Position numbers and translations under genes: made by a program
The notes under the pieces: model-generated
Seen by the model: the letters and a program-made list of their open reading frames with translations, nothing else
Told to the model about the DNA's origin: nothing
Databases searched by the model: none
In this document: one piece after another, positions 26,225 to 36,243 of the stretch
Layout: each line of letters starts with the position of its first letter
Numbering within the stretch: the stretch's first letter is position 1
From: an uncultured Acidobacteriota bacterium
GTDB lineage: Bacteria > Acidobacteriota > Terriglobia > UBA7540
DNA: 36,607 nucleotides
NCBI GenBank assembly: GCA_964459065.1
Contig: CAYWMN010000002.1
Location: 1-36,607, forward strand
Direction: 5' to 3'

Positions 26225-27778
26225 TTGTCGGCACCGGACGGCGAAAGCCGCGAACTCATCTTACAGCGTGAAAAGAAACTGCGGGCCATTGAAGAGCTGG
26301 GCTTTGAACTCTACCCGCGCAAATTTGATTTTACCCATACGATTCCCCAGGTTCTAGCGTCGTACTCCCGCGAAACGGTCGAAAGCCTGGCGGCCGCCAA
26401 GGTTCCGGTGCGGGTGGCGGGCCGCGTGATGACGATTCGCCCCCACGGCAAGGCGGGATTCGCGCACCTGCAGGGCGGCGGGGACCGGCTGCAGATCTAC
26501 GTGCGCCTGGACGCGGTGGGAGAACGCGAATTCAAACTTTACAAGCTGCTCGATTTGGGCGACCCGGTGGGCGTGGAAGGATATCTGTTCCGCACCCGAA
26601 CCGGCGAGCTGACGGTTCACGCCGAGCACCTCTACTTTCTGTCCAAAGCGCTGCTGCCGCTTCCCGAAAAGTGGCACGGGCTTTCGGACGTTGAAATCCG
26701 CTACCGGCAACGCTATCTCGATTTGATGGTCAACACCGAGGTGCGCCGCGTCTTCGAGCGGCGGTCCAGGCTGATCCGCGCCCTGCGGGATTTTCTGGAC
26801 GCCGAAGGCTACCTGGAAGTGGAAACTCCGATGATGCAGCCGATGGCGGGCGGCGCCATGGCCCGGCCGTTTGTGACCCATCACAACACGCTCGATCTGG
26901 ACCTTTACCTGCGCATCGCTCCGGAGCTTTATCTGAAGCGGCTGATCGTGGGCGGGCTCGACCGCGTGTATGAGGTGAACCGCAATTTCCGGAACGAAGG
27001 CATCTCCACCCAGCACAATCCGGAGTTCACCATGGTGGAGTTTTACCAGGCCTACGCCGATTACCGGGACATGATCGAGCTTTCCGAGCGCCTCTTGCGC
27101 CAGGTGGCCGAAACGGTTCTGGGATCGCTCGAATTTGACTACGGCGAACACCACATCTCCTTTGAGAAGTTCGAGCGGTACACGATGAAAGAAGCCGTCG
27201 TCCGCTTCTGGCCGAAACAAGCCGGCGAGATCACGATGACCGACCTCGACGACCTCCAGAGTCTCCGCCAACGGGTTCCCGCGCTGAACGACTGGTTCTC
27301 ACGCGAGACTGGCGGAGCGCCGCTGGGCGAATCCTTCTTAAAGCAGTGCGCTCCCGGCGAGCTTCTCCAGGCCGTCTTTGAAATGGTGGCCGAGCATCAG
27401 TTGATCCAGCCCACGTTTATTCTGGATTTTCCCCTGGAAGTCTCGCCGCTGGCCAAGCAGAAGCCGGACGATCCCAACTTTGTTGAGCGCTTTGAGCTTT
27501 ACGTGGGTGGGATGGAAATCGCCAACGCCTTCAGCGAGCTGAACGATCCCGCCGAGCAGCGCAACCGCTTCCGGTACCAGCAGATGCTGCGCGAAAAAGG
27601 AGACCTGACCGCGCACGCGATTGACGAGGATTATATCCGCGCCTTGAGTTACGGCATGCCGCCCACCGGCGGAGAAGGCATCGGCATCGACCGCCTGACC
27701 ATGCTTCTGACCAACTCCCACTCGATCCGCGACGTGATCCTGTTTCCTTTGCTGCGTCCTGAAAAGACTTCTTCATGA
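26225..27778 (+). CDS. lysS: Lysyl-tRNA synthetase, class II
   Basis: 517 aa with an OB anticodon-binding N-domain and class II motifs ([24 protein letters not shown]). TTG start preceded by GAGGG. Confidence 0.95.
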   Translation: MSAPDGESRELILQREKKLRAIEELGFELYPRKFDFTHTIPQVLASYSRETVESLAAAKVPVRVAGRVMTIRPHGKAGFAHLQGGGDRLQIYVRLDAVGEREFKLYKLLDLGDPVGVEGYLFRTRTGELTVHAEHLYFLSKALLPLPEKWHGLSDVEIRYRQRYLDLMVNTEVRRVFERRSRLIRALRDFLDAEGYLEVETPMMQPMAGGAMARPFVTHHNTLDLDLYLRIAPELYLKRLIVGGLDRVYEVNRNFRNEGISTQHNPEFTMVEFYQAYADYRDMIELSERLLRQVAETVLGSLEFDYGEHHISFEKFERYTMKEAVVRFWPKQAGEITMTDLDDLQSLRQRVPALNDWFSRETGGAPLGESFLKQCAPGELLQAVFEMVAEHQLIQPTFILDFPLEVSPLAKQKPDDPNFVERFELYVGGMEIANAFSELNDPAEQRNRFRYQQMLREKGDLTAHAIDEDYIRALSYGMPPTGGEGIGIDRLTMLLTNSHSIRDVILFPLLRPEKTSS

Positions 27779-27848
27779 GGCCGGCGGACCATCTTCCAGT
27801 CCAAGACCTTGTCCAGCCGCGAGAGGGGTCCGGCAAACTGAATAAACT

Positions 27849-27876
27849 TTGCCTGCCAGCTAATCTCATTGATAAT
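27849..27876 (+). promoter_or_regulatory. Putative promoter abutting the lol permease start
   Basis: TTGCCT (27849-27854), a 16-nt spacer, then GATAAT (27871-27876). GTG 27885 and ATG 27888 begin 9-12 nt after the -10, with no SD. Confidence 0.4.
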
Positions 27877-27884
27877 GTTTACCA

Positions 27885-29117
27885 GTGATGCGCTTTGAAC
27901 TGTATGTAGCCCTGCGCTATTTGAAAGCGAAACGGCGGCAAGCCGCCATCTCCGTGATCACCTTGATTTCCGTGGTGGGCGTGATGGCGGGCGTCGCCGC
28001 GCTGGTTGTGGCGCTCGCCATCAACAACGGCTTCCGGGAAGAGCTTGAGAACAAGCTGCTCGGCGCCACCTCCAACATCAATCTGCTCCGCGCGCAAAAC
28101 GACGGCATCCAAGATTACGAGCAACTCACCGCCAAGCTGTCGAAACTGCCCCACGTGGAGGCGGCGGCTCCGGCGCTTTATGAAGAGGTTTTGATTTCCA
28201 GCCGGCAGCGGGCGCAGGGCGTGGTCCTCAAAGGAGTGGACCCCGAGCGGGAAATCAAGGTGGGCGATTTGCTGCAACACCTGACGGCGGGCTCGCTTCA
28301 AGGTCTCGCCCAACCCGTCCCCGGCGAGAACCCGATCGTTATCGGCAAGGAGCTGGCCAAATCCCTGGGAGTCTTTGTGGGTGACACCGTCATGGTGACA
28401 AGCCCGCAGGGATCGCTCACGCCCTTCGGCGTGGTGCCCAAATATATGCACTTCCGCGTGGTGGGCATATTCAATTCCGGCTTCTTCGATTTTGACTCGA
28501 CCTGGGCGTTTACCGACCTCGGCGCCGCCCAGCGGCTGTTTGATTTAAGGCACGTGGCCTCCGTGATTGAGTTCAAGCTGGACAACGTTTATCTGGCCGA
28601 TCAGGTGGCCAAGGTGATTCGCAAGGCGGCGGGGCCGGGATTTGAAACCCAGACCTGGATGGACCAGAACCGCTCGCTGTTCAGCGCTCTGCGCCTGGAG
28701 CGGCTGGTCACGATCCTCACCATCGGGCTGATCGTGCTGGTGGCGGCGCTGAATATTTTCATCACACTGGTGATGATGGTGATGGAAAAAACCCGGGATA
28801 TCGCGGTGCTGCGCTCGATGGGGGCCAAGAAGAAGCAGGTCTGGGCGGTCTTTACTCTGCACGGGCTGCTGATCGCCTGGGTGGGAACGGCTCTAGGCCT
28901 CATTCTAGGCTACGGGACTTCCTGGCTAGGGCAGCACTACAAGCTGATCCCTCTGCAGGCGGACATCTACGGCTTATCGTCGGTTCCCTTCCATCCCCGT
29001 CCCTGGGATGGCCTCTGGATCGCCCTGGCGGCTCTGGGAGTCAGCTTTCTGGCAACGCTTTACCCGTCGCTGGCGGCGACAAAGCTGGACCCGGCGGAAA
29101 TCTTGCGTTATGAATAG
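27885..29117 (+). CDS. lolE: Lipoprotein-releasing ABC permease, LolC/E family (single copy)
   Basis: MRFELYVALRYLKAKRRQAAISVITLISVVGVMAGVAALVVALAINNGF is the canonical LolC/E N-terminus. MacB-like periplasmic domain plus a FtsX-type C-terminal TM bundle. Followed by lolD. Confidence 0.88.
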   Translation: MMRFELYVALRYLKAKRRQAAISVITLISVVGVMAGVAALVVALAINNGFREELENKLLGATSNINLLRAQNDGIQDYEQLTAKLSKLPHVEAAAPALYEEVLISSRQRAQGVVLKGVDPEREIKVGDLLQHLTAGSLQGLAQPVPGENPIVIGKELAKSLGVFVGDTVMVTSPQGSLTPFGVVPKYMHFRVVGIFNSGFFDFDSTWAFTDLGAAQRLFDLRHVASVIEFKLDNVYLADQVAKVIRKAAGPGFETQTWMDQNRSLFSALRLERLVTILTIGLIVLVAALNIFITLVMMVMEKTRDIAVLRSMGAKKKQVWAVFTLHGLLIAWVGTALGLILGYGTSWLGQHYKLIPLQADIYGLSSVPFHPRPWDGLWIALAALGVSFLATLYPSLAATKLDPAEILRYE

Positions 29118-29152
29118 GAAACGGGAAGGCCAGCAGCAGGAACAGGGCTGAA

Positions 29153-29854
29153 ATGGAATCTGAAATTATTTTAAGAACCGAAGACCTCGCCAAAACTTTC
29201 CACTCCGGTGACGAAGAAGTTGTTGTCTTTGAGCATCTTAATCTTGAGATCCGGGCCGGAGAACTGGTCGCGCTGGTGGGAGAGTCGGGAACAGGAAAGA
29301 CCACGCTTTTGCACCTGCTTGCGGCTCTGGACACTCCAACCGCAGGTGAGTTATACTTTGCTGGGCAGAAGTTATGTGAGCTGGGACCGGAAAAGCAGGC
29401 AGCCTACCGTAACCAGCGGGTCGGTTTTGTATGGCAAATGCATTATCTGCTGCCTGAGTTTAGTGCGATCGAGAACGTGATGCTGCCGCAGCTGATCGCA
29501 GGTAAAGACGTCAAGGTGGCACAGAACCAAGCCAGGGAACTTCTGGCGGAGGTGGGGCTGGAAAAAGCCATGGGACGCCTGGCGGGCGAGCTCTCCGGGG
29601 GAGAGCAGCAGCGGGTGGCGCTGGCAAGAGCGCTGGTAAACGGTCCATCGCTGCTGCTGGCTGATGAGCCCACGGGGAACCTGGACCGCCACACCGCAGA
29701 GCGGGTCACCGATCTACTTGAACGGCTGCACCGGATTCACGGACTAACCTCGGTGCTGGCCACGCACAACATGGAACTCGCGCAACGCGCGACCCGGATG
29801 TTGCGACTGGAGAACGGGCAACTTACCGAGGTTGTAGTTCCACGGTTTAACTGA
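29153..29854 (+). CDS. lolD: Lipoprotein-releasing ABC ATPase
   Basis: Walker A GESGTGKTT, signature LSGGEQQRVALARAL, Walker B LLLADEPTGNLD. Confidence 0.9.
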   Translation: MESEIILRTEDLAKTFHSGDEEVVVFEHLNLEIRAGELVALVGESGTGKTTLLHLLAALDTPTAGELYFAGQKLCELGPEKQAAYRNQRVGFVWQMHYLLPEFSAIENVMLPQLIAGKDVKVAQNQARELLAEVGLEKAMGRLAGELSGGEQQRVALARALVNGPSLLLADEPTGNLDRHTAERVTDLLERLHRIHGLTSVLATHNMELAQRATRMLRLENGQLTEVVVPRFN

Positions 29855-29913
29855 CAGCCCGCCCCGGGCCAGTGAGGACGGGAGGCGGGAACTAAAGGAA
29901 GAACTGAGGAGCT

Positions 29914-32352
29914 ATGTTCGAGAGATACACAGAGAAAGCCCGGCGTGTTATCTTTTTCGCTCGCTACGAAGCCAGCCAGTTTGGCAGTCCCTACATTGAG
30001 AGCGAGCACCTCCTGCTCGGTCTGCTGCGCGAAGACAAAGCGCTTACCAACCGCTTTCTACGTTCCCACGCATCGATAGAGTCGATTCGCAAGCAGGTCG
30101 AGGCGCGCACGCCAATCCGGGAAAAGGTTTCCACGTCCGTCGAGTTACCGCTCAGCCAGGAATGCAAGCGGGTTCTGGCCTACGCCGCCGAAGAAGCCGA
30201 ACGCTTGTCGCACAAGCACATCGGGACCGAGCACCTTCTGCTGGGCCTGTTGCGCGAAGATAAGTCGTTTGCCGCGGAGATCCTGCACGACCGCGGCTTG
30301 CGCCTGACCACGCTGCGCGAGGGTCTGAACCGGGCGCAGAGTGAAAAGGTTTCATCGAGCCGCTCCAAAGAGACTTCCCTGCTGGCCGAGTTCAGCCGCG
30401 ATCTCACTCAGGCCGCGCTGGAGAATCAGTTGGATCCCCTGGTGGGGCGCGAAAATGAAGTCGAGCGGGTCGTGCAGATCCTGTGCCGCCGCACCAAGAA
30501 TAATCCCGTGCTGATCGGCGAGCCGGGCGTGGGCAAGACGGCCATCGTGGAAGGCCTGGCCGAACGCATCGCCGAGGGCGAGGTACCGTCGTTTTTGGCC
30601 GACAAGCGCATTCTGGCCCTGGATCTTTCGCTGATCGTGGCCGGAACCAAGTACCGAGGGCAGTTCGAGGAACGACTGAAGACCATCATGAAAGAGCTGA
30701 TGGAAGCTCAGAACGCCGTCATTTTTATCGACGAGCTGCACACCCTGGTGGGAGCCGGTTCAGCGGAGGGATCGCTCGACGCGGCCAACATTCTGAAGCC
30801 GGCGCTTTCGCGCGGCGAGATTCAGTGCATCGGGGCGACCACCCCGGGAGAGTTCCGGAAGTCCATCGAGCGCGACCGCTCGCTGGAAAGGCGGTTTCAA
30901 GCCGTCAAAGTTCCGCCTCCGGACGAAGCCCAGGCCATCAAGATTCTTTTTGGCATCAAGGAGCGCTACGAGAAGTTCCATGCCGTGTCGTACACGGACG
31001 AAGCGCTTTCCAACGCCGTCTATCTCTCCAGCCGCTACATTCCGGACCGCTTCCTGCCCGACAAAGCTGTTGACCTGATCGATGAAGCGGGCGCCAGGGT
31101 CAAGCTCCGCCAGAGTACTTTGCCCGAAGAGATGATCGACGTGCAGAAGCGGATCAAATTTGTGGTTCACCGCATGGAAAATGCGATTGCCAACCACGAG
31201 TTTGAAAAAGCCCGGTTTTATTCCGACGAGGAACGCAAGGAGCGTGAAAATCTGCGGCTGCTCCGCGAAAAGTACAATATTGATGAAACTTCCATCGGAG
31301 CCGTCACCCACCAGGATATCGAAGAGGTCGTCGCGCGTTGGACCGGCATCCCGGTCATCTCAATCAAGGAAGAGGAAACGTCAAAGCTGCTGCGGATTGA
31401 GGAAGAGCTGCACAAGCGGATCGTTAATCAGGACCAAGCGATCTCAGCTCTGGCCCGGGCCATTCGGCGTTCGCGCGCCGGGCTGAAGCAGCCGGGGCGT
31501 CCGGTCGGATCGTTTCTTTTTCTCGGCCCCACGGGCGTGGGCAAGACGGAAATGGCTCGCTCGCTTTCCGAATTTCTGTTCGGCAGTGACCAGGCCCTGA
31601 TCCGCTTTGATATGTCAGAGTTCATGGAAAAACATGCCGTGTCAAAGCTGATCGGCTCTCCCCCAGGATACGTCGGCTATGAAGAGGGAGGACAACTGAC
31701 CGAGCGGGTGCGGCGCACGCCTTACTCCTTGATTCTGCTGGATGAAATCGAGAAGGCGCATCCGGATATTTTCAATATCCTGCTGCAGGTTTTCGAGGAT
31801 GGCCAGTTGACCGACGGACTGGGCAACACCGTGGATTTCAAGAACACGATCCTGATTATGACTTCGAATATCGGCGCCCGGTATTTGGAGCGGCGGTCGA
31901 ACATGGGATTCCAATCGGCGGTGGAGGGCGCGGCGGAAAAGAAGATCGGCGACCAGGTCATGGCAGAGGTCAAGCGGCTGTTCAATCCGGAATTCCTGAA
32001 CCGGCTGGACGAGGTTATCATCTTTAACGCCCTGAACGACGACGATCTGCTCCAGATTCTGGATTTGCTCGTTGGCGTCATGAACCAGCATTTGACTCAA
32101 AAGAACATCTCGTTGACGCTCTCGCCTGAGGCCGGAAAGTGGATTCTGGAAAAGACTTGTGCGGACCGTTCATACGGGGCCAGGCCTCTGCGGAGGGCTT
32201 TGCAGAAATATATCGAGGATCCGCTTTCCGAAGCGTTGATCCAGGGGGAGATCCAACCACCCACGGTCTTGGAGGTGGTCGTCGAAAATGAATCGCTCTA
32301 TTACCGCCCCGTCAACGATAAACTGGTCGCGGCCACACCACTGTCTCACTAG
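29914..32352 (+). CDS. clpC: AAA+ Clp ATPase, ClpC-type
   Basis: [20 protein letters not shown] plus a second Clp_N repeat. Walker [10 protein letters not shown] and [12 protein letters not shown]-like middle motif [15 protein letters not shown]. ClpP-loop-like MGF. Confidence 0.92.
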   Translation: MFERYTEKARRVIFFARYEASQFGSPYIESEHLLLGLLREDKALTNRFLRSHASIESIRKQVEARTPIREKVSTSVELPLSQECKRVLAYAAEEAERLSHKHIGTEHLLLGLLREDKSFAAEILHDRGLRLTTLREGLNRAQSEKVSSSRSKETSLLAEFSRDLTQAALENQLDPLVGRENEVERVVQILCRRTKNNPVLIGEPGVGKTAIVEGLAERIAEGEVPSFLADKRILALDLSLIVAGTKYRGQFEERLKTIMKELMEAQNAVIFIDELHTLVGAGSAEGSLDAANILKPALSRGEIQCIGATTPGEFRKSIERDRSLERRFQAVKVPPPDEAQAIKILFGIKERYEKFHAVSYTDEALSNAVYLSSRYIPDRFLPDKAVDLIDEAGARVKLRQSTLPEEMIDVQKRIKFVVHRMENAIANHEFEKARFYSDEERKERENLRLLREKYNIDETSIGAVTHQDIEEVVARWTGIPVISIKEEETSKLLRIEEELHKRIVNQDQAISALARAIRRSRAGLKQPGRPVGSFLFLGPTGVGKTEMARSLSEFLFGSDQALIRFDMSEFMEKHAVSKLIGSPPGYVGYEEGGQLTERVRRTPYSLILLDEIEKAHPDIFNILLQVFEDGQLTDGLGNTVDFKNTILIMTSNIGARYLERRSNMGFQSAVEGAAEKKIGDQVMAEVKRLFNPEFLNRLDEVIIFNALNDDDLLQILDLLVGVMNQHLTQKNISLTLSPEAGKWILEKTCADRSYGARPLRRALQKYIEDPLSEALIQGEIQPPTVLEVVVENESLYYRPVNDKLVAATPLSH

Positions 32353-32531
32353 AGTCGTTCAACTCCTATGGGGGCCGGAGAGTCCGCGAAGAACCTGAAT
32401 ACCCAACGCATCCTCAGAAATGCTTGATGGAGCTTGGCCCTTTTGCGTTAAGGACCCGAGCCAACTCTTGAGGAATTCACTGCATCGGAGATGCTTAAGC
32501 TCTCAACTGTAGCGGGGAGAAAGGCTGTTTC

Positions 32532-35495
32532 TTGAAGTTTTTGAAGGGTTGTCGGCGCAAACAGATCCAGCGAGCCGGAATCTCGCTTGCCACCACGATT
32601 GGGTTCATCCTTTTTGCCGGACTTGCACTTCGCGCGCAGAGTTCCGCCCCGAAAAGCCAGCCGAAGCAGGCAGGTGCGCAGCCAAGCGGGAAGCAGCCGT
32701 CCCCCGCCAAGAAGGCTGTTCAGAAGCTTGAGCAACTGCAGCTTGAAACGCCTCAGCTGGAAACCCCGAAACCCGCCAAGCCCTCGGCCAAACCGAAGAC
32801 GCCCGCCAAAAAGCAGAAGGAATTGATTGAAGCCATCATCTTCCGAGGCAACCGGAGGGTTCCCTCTTCCGTGCTGAGAGCCCGCATTTTTTCGCGTCCC
32901 GGCGACGTTTACAGCGTCAATGCCCTGGAGCGCGACTTCATGGCCCTGTGGCACACCGGTTATTTTGATGATATCCGCCTGGAAGTCCAAAACGGGAAAA
33001 AGGGCGAGATTGTCATCTTTTATGTTCGGGAAAAGAAGCTGGTGCGAGCCATCACCTATAAGGGACTGCACAGCGTCCAACAATCCGACGTTCTGGAGGC
33101 GTTTCAAAAGCAGAAAGTGGGCTTGACGATCGACTCGCAATTCGATCCCGTGGTCGTCAAGAGAGCCGAGGTTGTTCTGCGGCAAATGCTGGGCGCGCAC
33201 GGCCGGCAATTTGCTACCGTCCGGGCCCGCACCCGCAATATTCCTCCCAATTCCGTGGCCCTGACGTTCATTGTTACCGAGGGTCCCAAGGTAAAGGTCG
33301 GCAAGATCACTTTTCAAGGGAATACGGTGTTTCCAAACCGGGAACTGGTTCAGCAGATGAAACTGTCGAGGCCCACGGGGCTGCCGCCGTGGTTTTATTG
33401 GTTTCATAAGACCTACGACCACGACAAAGTCCTTTTTGACCTGGAAAAGGTGCGGGAACTTTATCAGGATCACGGCTATTTCTTCGCGATTCCCGAAGAA
33501 CCCAAGGTGAAGATGCGGAATACCGCGCATCACTGGCCGCTCTTCTTCTGGAGTTGGGGACACGGCAAGGCCGTGGACATTACCATCCCCGTCGAGCAGG
33601 GACACCAATATAAGCTCGGCAAATTCACCATCCATGGCGCCAAGCTCTTCAAAGCCCAGAAGCTCAAACCCCTTCTCGGAATGAAGCAGGGCGAGGTTTT
33701 CGATCTTTCCAAGGTTCGCAAGACGATTAAGAATCTGACCGAACTTTACGGGGACTTCGGCTACATCAACTTCGTAGCGACTCCAGATCCGGAACCCGAC
33801 CGCAAAAAGCGCATTGTCAATCTGTCCCTGGACTTTGACGAGGGCAAACAATTTTTCATCCACCGAATCAATTTTTCCGGAAACACCAAAACCCGCGACA
33901 AAGTCATTCGGCGCGAACTGATGTTGAATGAAGGACAAGTCTTCAATTCCCGCCTTTGGAAATTGAGCATCTTAAAAGTCAACCAGCTCGGCTTTTTTAA
34001 CCCGATCAAGAAGGAAGATTACGACATCAAGCAAAACGCCAAGAACGACACGGTGGATATCAACTTGAAGGTCAAGGAGAAAGGCCGCAACTCGATCGGG
34101 TTTTCCGGAGGAACCAGCGGCTATTCGGGGAATTTTATCGGGTTCAATTACTCCACAAGCAATTTCCTGGGCTTGGGCGAAACGCTCAGCTTCAGCGCCC
34201 AGACGGGGCAGTATCAGAAGCTCTACCAGTTCGGATTCACCGAGCCCTATGTTCTTGACCGGCCCATCACCACCGGCTTCACCGTTTACAAGAGCGACGT
34301 CAACTTCAACCAGCTTGAGCAGACCAGCGCCTATCAGGGAATCAGCCAGACCTACCTGGCTTCAGCGTTCGGTGCAAGCTCGTTCCAGAATTTCGCCCAG
34401 AATTCCACCGGGTTTACGGCCTTCGCCAGCTATCCGCTCAAGCGGCACTTTGCGAGGCTCGGCCTGACGTATAGCTTCTCAAACAGCAGCCTGCAAACCT
34501 TCAGCCTAGCTTCGCAGGCCTATTTTGAAGCCCTCAATTTCCAAAATATCGTGTCGGGCCCCAACTCGCTTACCGGAATCCGGCAAAGCTCGATCATGCC
34601 CACGTTTAACTACAGCACGATCGACAATTACAGGGATCCCCACACCGGCAAATCGCTCTTTGCGACTTTCCAGTTTGCGGGCAGCGCTTTGGGCGGCAAC
34701 GTCAACACCATCGAACCCACCGTCGAAGCCAAGTATTATCACCCCATTAATCACGACCGGAACACCCTGGCCTTCCACCTCCTTTTCTCCACCATCTCCG
34801 GATACGGTGGCAAGGTGCCTCCACCATACTCCCGATTCTATATGGGTGGCGAAACCACCATCCGAGGGTTTGATATCTACTCTGTCAGTCCGATTGCCTT
34901 TTTCCCAACCACAGCTCAAGTCTGCAACCGGGATAGCGAAGGCAATATCATCACCGCCTTGAACTCCAACGGAGCCTCGTCGGGCTCTTGCGGATCGTAC
35001 ACAAAGTTCCCCGTCAATACGGTTACATTTCCGGGAGGCGATACGGAGCTGCTGACGAATTTCGAGTATCGAATCCCCATCGTGGGGCCGGTGAGCGTGG
35101 CGCCGTTTATTGACGCGGGAATGGACTTTGTTTGGCACACCAGCCAGTTGAACTTGCGGCCCACGGCACTGCTGCCGATCACACAGAATTTTTCATATTT
35201 CAAAGTGCCGACAAAGCTGCAGATCGTTCCGGGCACCAACTATAAGCCCCGGAGTTCGCTCGGCATCTCGCTGCAAGTAATCGTTCCGCATTTCAACATT
35301 CCGTTCCACCTCTATTACGGCTACAACTGGCTTCGGCTCAATCGCGTTATTACTCCGCCGACGGATGGGACTTTGCCTCCGCAGTCCCTTTTCCCCAACA
35401 TGGCGACCTACGATCAAATCATGACCTACTTCCAACCGTTTCACTATGCAGAGCGGAGATCCATGGTGGGCTTTACGGTGGCACAGACTTTTTAA
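32532..35495 (+). CDS. bamA: Outer-membrane protein assembly factor BamA (Omp85)
   Basis: 987 aa with a signal peptide and a P/K/A/Q-rich linker. POTRA-like repeats (IEAIIFRGNRRV, VGKITFQGNTVF, IHRINFSGNTKTRD). C-terminal beta-barrel with alternating aromatics, ending in a terminal F. Followed by skp. Confidence 0.9.
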   Translation: MKFLKGCRRKQIQRAGISLATTIGFILFAGLALRAQSSAPKSQPKQAGAQPSGKQPSPAKKAVQKLEQLQLETPQLETPKPAKPSAKPKTPAKKQKELIEAIIFRGNRRVPSSVLRARIFSRPGDVYSVNALERDFMALWHTGYFDDIRLEVQNGKKGEIVIFYVREKKLVRAITYKGLHSVQQSDVLEAFQKQKVGLTIDSQFDPVVVKRAEVVLRQMLGAHGRQFATVRARTRNIPPNSVALTFIVTEGPKVKVGKITFQGNTVFPNRELVQQMKLSRPTGLPPWFYWFHKTYDHDKVLFDLEKVRELYQDHGYFFAIPEEPKVKMRNTAHHWPLFFWSWGHGKAVDITIPVEQGHQYKLGKFTIHGAKLFKAQKLKPLLGMKQGEVFDLSKVRKTIKNLTELYGDFGYINFVATPDPEPDRKKRIVNLSLDFDEGKQFFIHRINFSGNTKTRDKVIRRELMLNEGQVFNSRLWKLSILKVNQLGFFNPIKKEDYDIKQNAKNDTVDINLKVKEKGRNSIGFSGGTSGYSGNFIGFNYSTSNFLGLGETLSFSAQTGQYQKLYQFGFTEPYVLDRPITTGFTVYKSDVNFNQLEQTSAYQGISQTYLASAFGASSFQNFAQNSTGFTAFASYPLKRHFARLGLTYSFSNSSLQTFSLASQAYFEALNFQNIVSGPNSLTGIRQSSIMPTFNYSTIDNYRDPHTGKSLFATFQFAGSALGGNVNTIEPTVEAKYYHPINHDRNTLAFHLLFSTISGYGGKVPPPYSRFYMGGETTIRGFDIYSVSPIAFFPTTAQVCNRDSEGNIITALNSNGASSGSCGSYTKFPVNTVTFPGGDTELLTNFEYRIPIVGPVSVAPFIDAGMDFVWHTSQLNLRPTALLPITQNFSYFKVPTKLQIVPGTNYKPRSSLGISLQVIVPHFNIPFHLYYGYNWLRLNRVITPPTDGTLPPQSLFPNMATYDQIMTYFQPFHYAERRSMVGFTVAQTF

Positions 35496-35564
35496 CTTGA
35501 CAGCCATTCCCGTTACAATGGCAAGATGTTGATTCGCTGATTTGATTGAAGAAAAGGAGTTTGA

Positions 35565-36161
35565 ATGAGAAATCGAGTTTTTGCAATTTTCACGTTGTTC
35601 GCCCTGATCGGCTTTCCGATTTTCCTTGCAGGGCAAAGCGCCAGCGCAGCCTCGGCAGGGAAAGTCGGCGTGATTAACATCCAGGATGCGATTCTTAGCA
35701 CTGCGCAGGGGAAAAATGCAATGCAAGGTCTGCAGAGCAAGTTCATGCCGCGGCAGCAGGAAATCCGGCGGCGGCAGCAGCAGGTCGAGCAACTGCGGGA
35801 ACAGCTTCAAAAGCAGATGACCACCCTGAGTGCAGATGAGCAGCGACGGCTGAGCCGCGAACTCACTGAAAAACAGACGATCCTGAGGCGAATGACCGAG
35901 GACGCCCAATCCGATCTCCAATATGATCGCGAAAACATTATGCGGGGTATTGGTGAAAAGATGGTCAAGGTCATCCAACAGTACGCGCCCCAACACGGCT
36001 TTGCTCTGGTTTTAGATTCCAGCCAGGTTCCAGTCTATTACACTGCGGAGGGCTTCGATATTACAGAGGCCATCGTGAAGCTGTACAACTCAACGTATCC
36101 CATGCAGGCTTCATCGACGTCAGGGACCAGCAGCTCCAAAGCGACCCCCAAGAAAAAGTAA
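35565..36161 (+). CDS. skp: OmpH/Skp-family periplasmic chaperone
   Basis: Signal peptide MRNRVFAIFTLFALIGFPIFLAGQSASA. Contains KVGVINIQDAIL and a Q/R/E-rich coiled-coil arm. RBS AAGGAG. Canonical position after bamA. Confidence 0.85.
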   Translation: MRNRVFAIFTLFALIGFPIFLAGQSASAASAGKVGVINIQDAILSTAQGKNAMQGLQSKFMPRQQEIRRRQQQVEQLREQLQKQMTTLSADEQRRLSRELTEKQTILRRMTEDAQSDLQYDRENIMRGIGEKMVKVIQQYAPQHGFALVLDSSQVPVYYTAEGFDITEAIVKLYNSTYPMQASSTSGTSSSKATPKKK

Positions 36162-36204
36162 CCGGGCACGCTAGCAGAGCAACCGCATAAGACTTGATTC
36201 CACC

Positions 36205-36232
36205 AACCGCGGGCGCCACAACTCCCGCGGTT
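36205..36232. terminator. 9-bp perfect hairpin between convergent skp and the CDF-like gene
   Basis: AACCGCGGG (36205-36213) pairs with CCCGCGGTT (36224-36232) across a 10-nt loop. There is no clear U-tract. Confidence 0.35.
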
Positions 36233-36243
36233 AGGTGTTCTCG

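Noticed and set aside
32448-33938. 496-aa minus-strand ORF antisense to bamA. Similar long antisense ORFs occur at 4970..5914 (rpsB), 21319..22941 (infB), 26354..27271 (lysS), 27879..28451 (lol permease), 30760..31311 and 31642..32100 (clpC), and 35193..35996 (bamA/skp).
   Set aside because: Every one lies opposite a gene with strong family motifs. Each has G/R/L/P/V-biased, low-information composition and lacks an RBS. Stop-codon depletion on the antisense strand is expected at this GC content.
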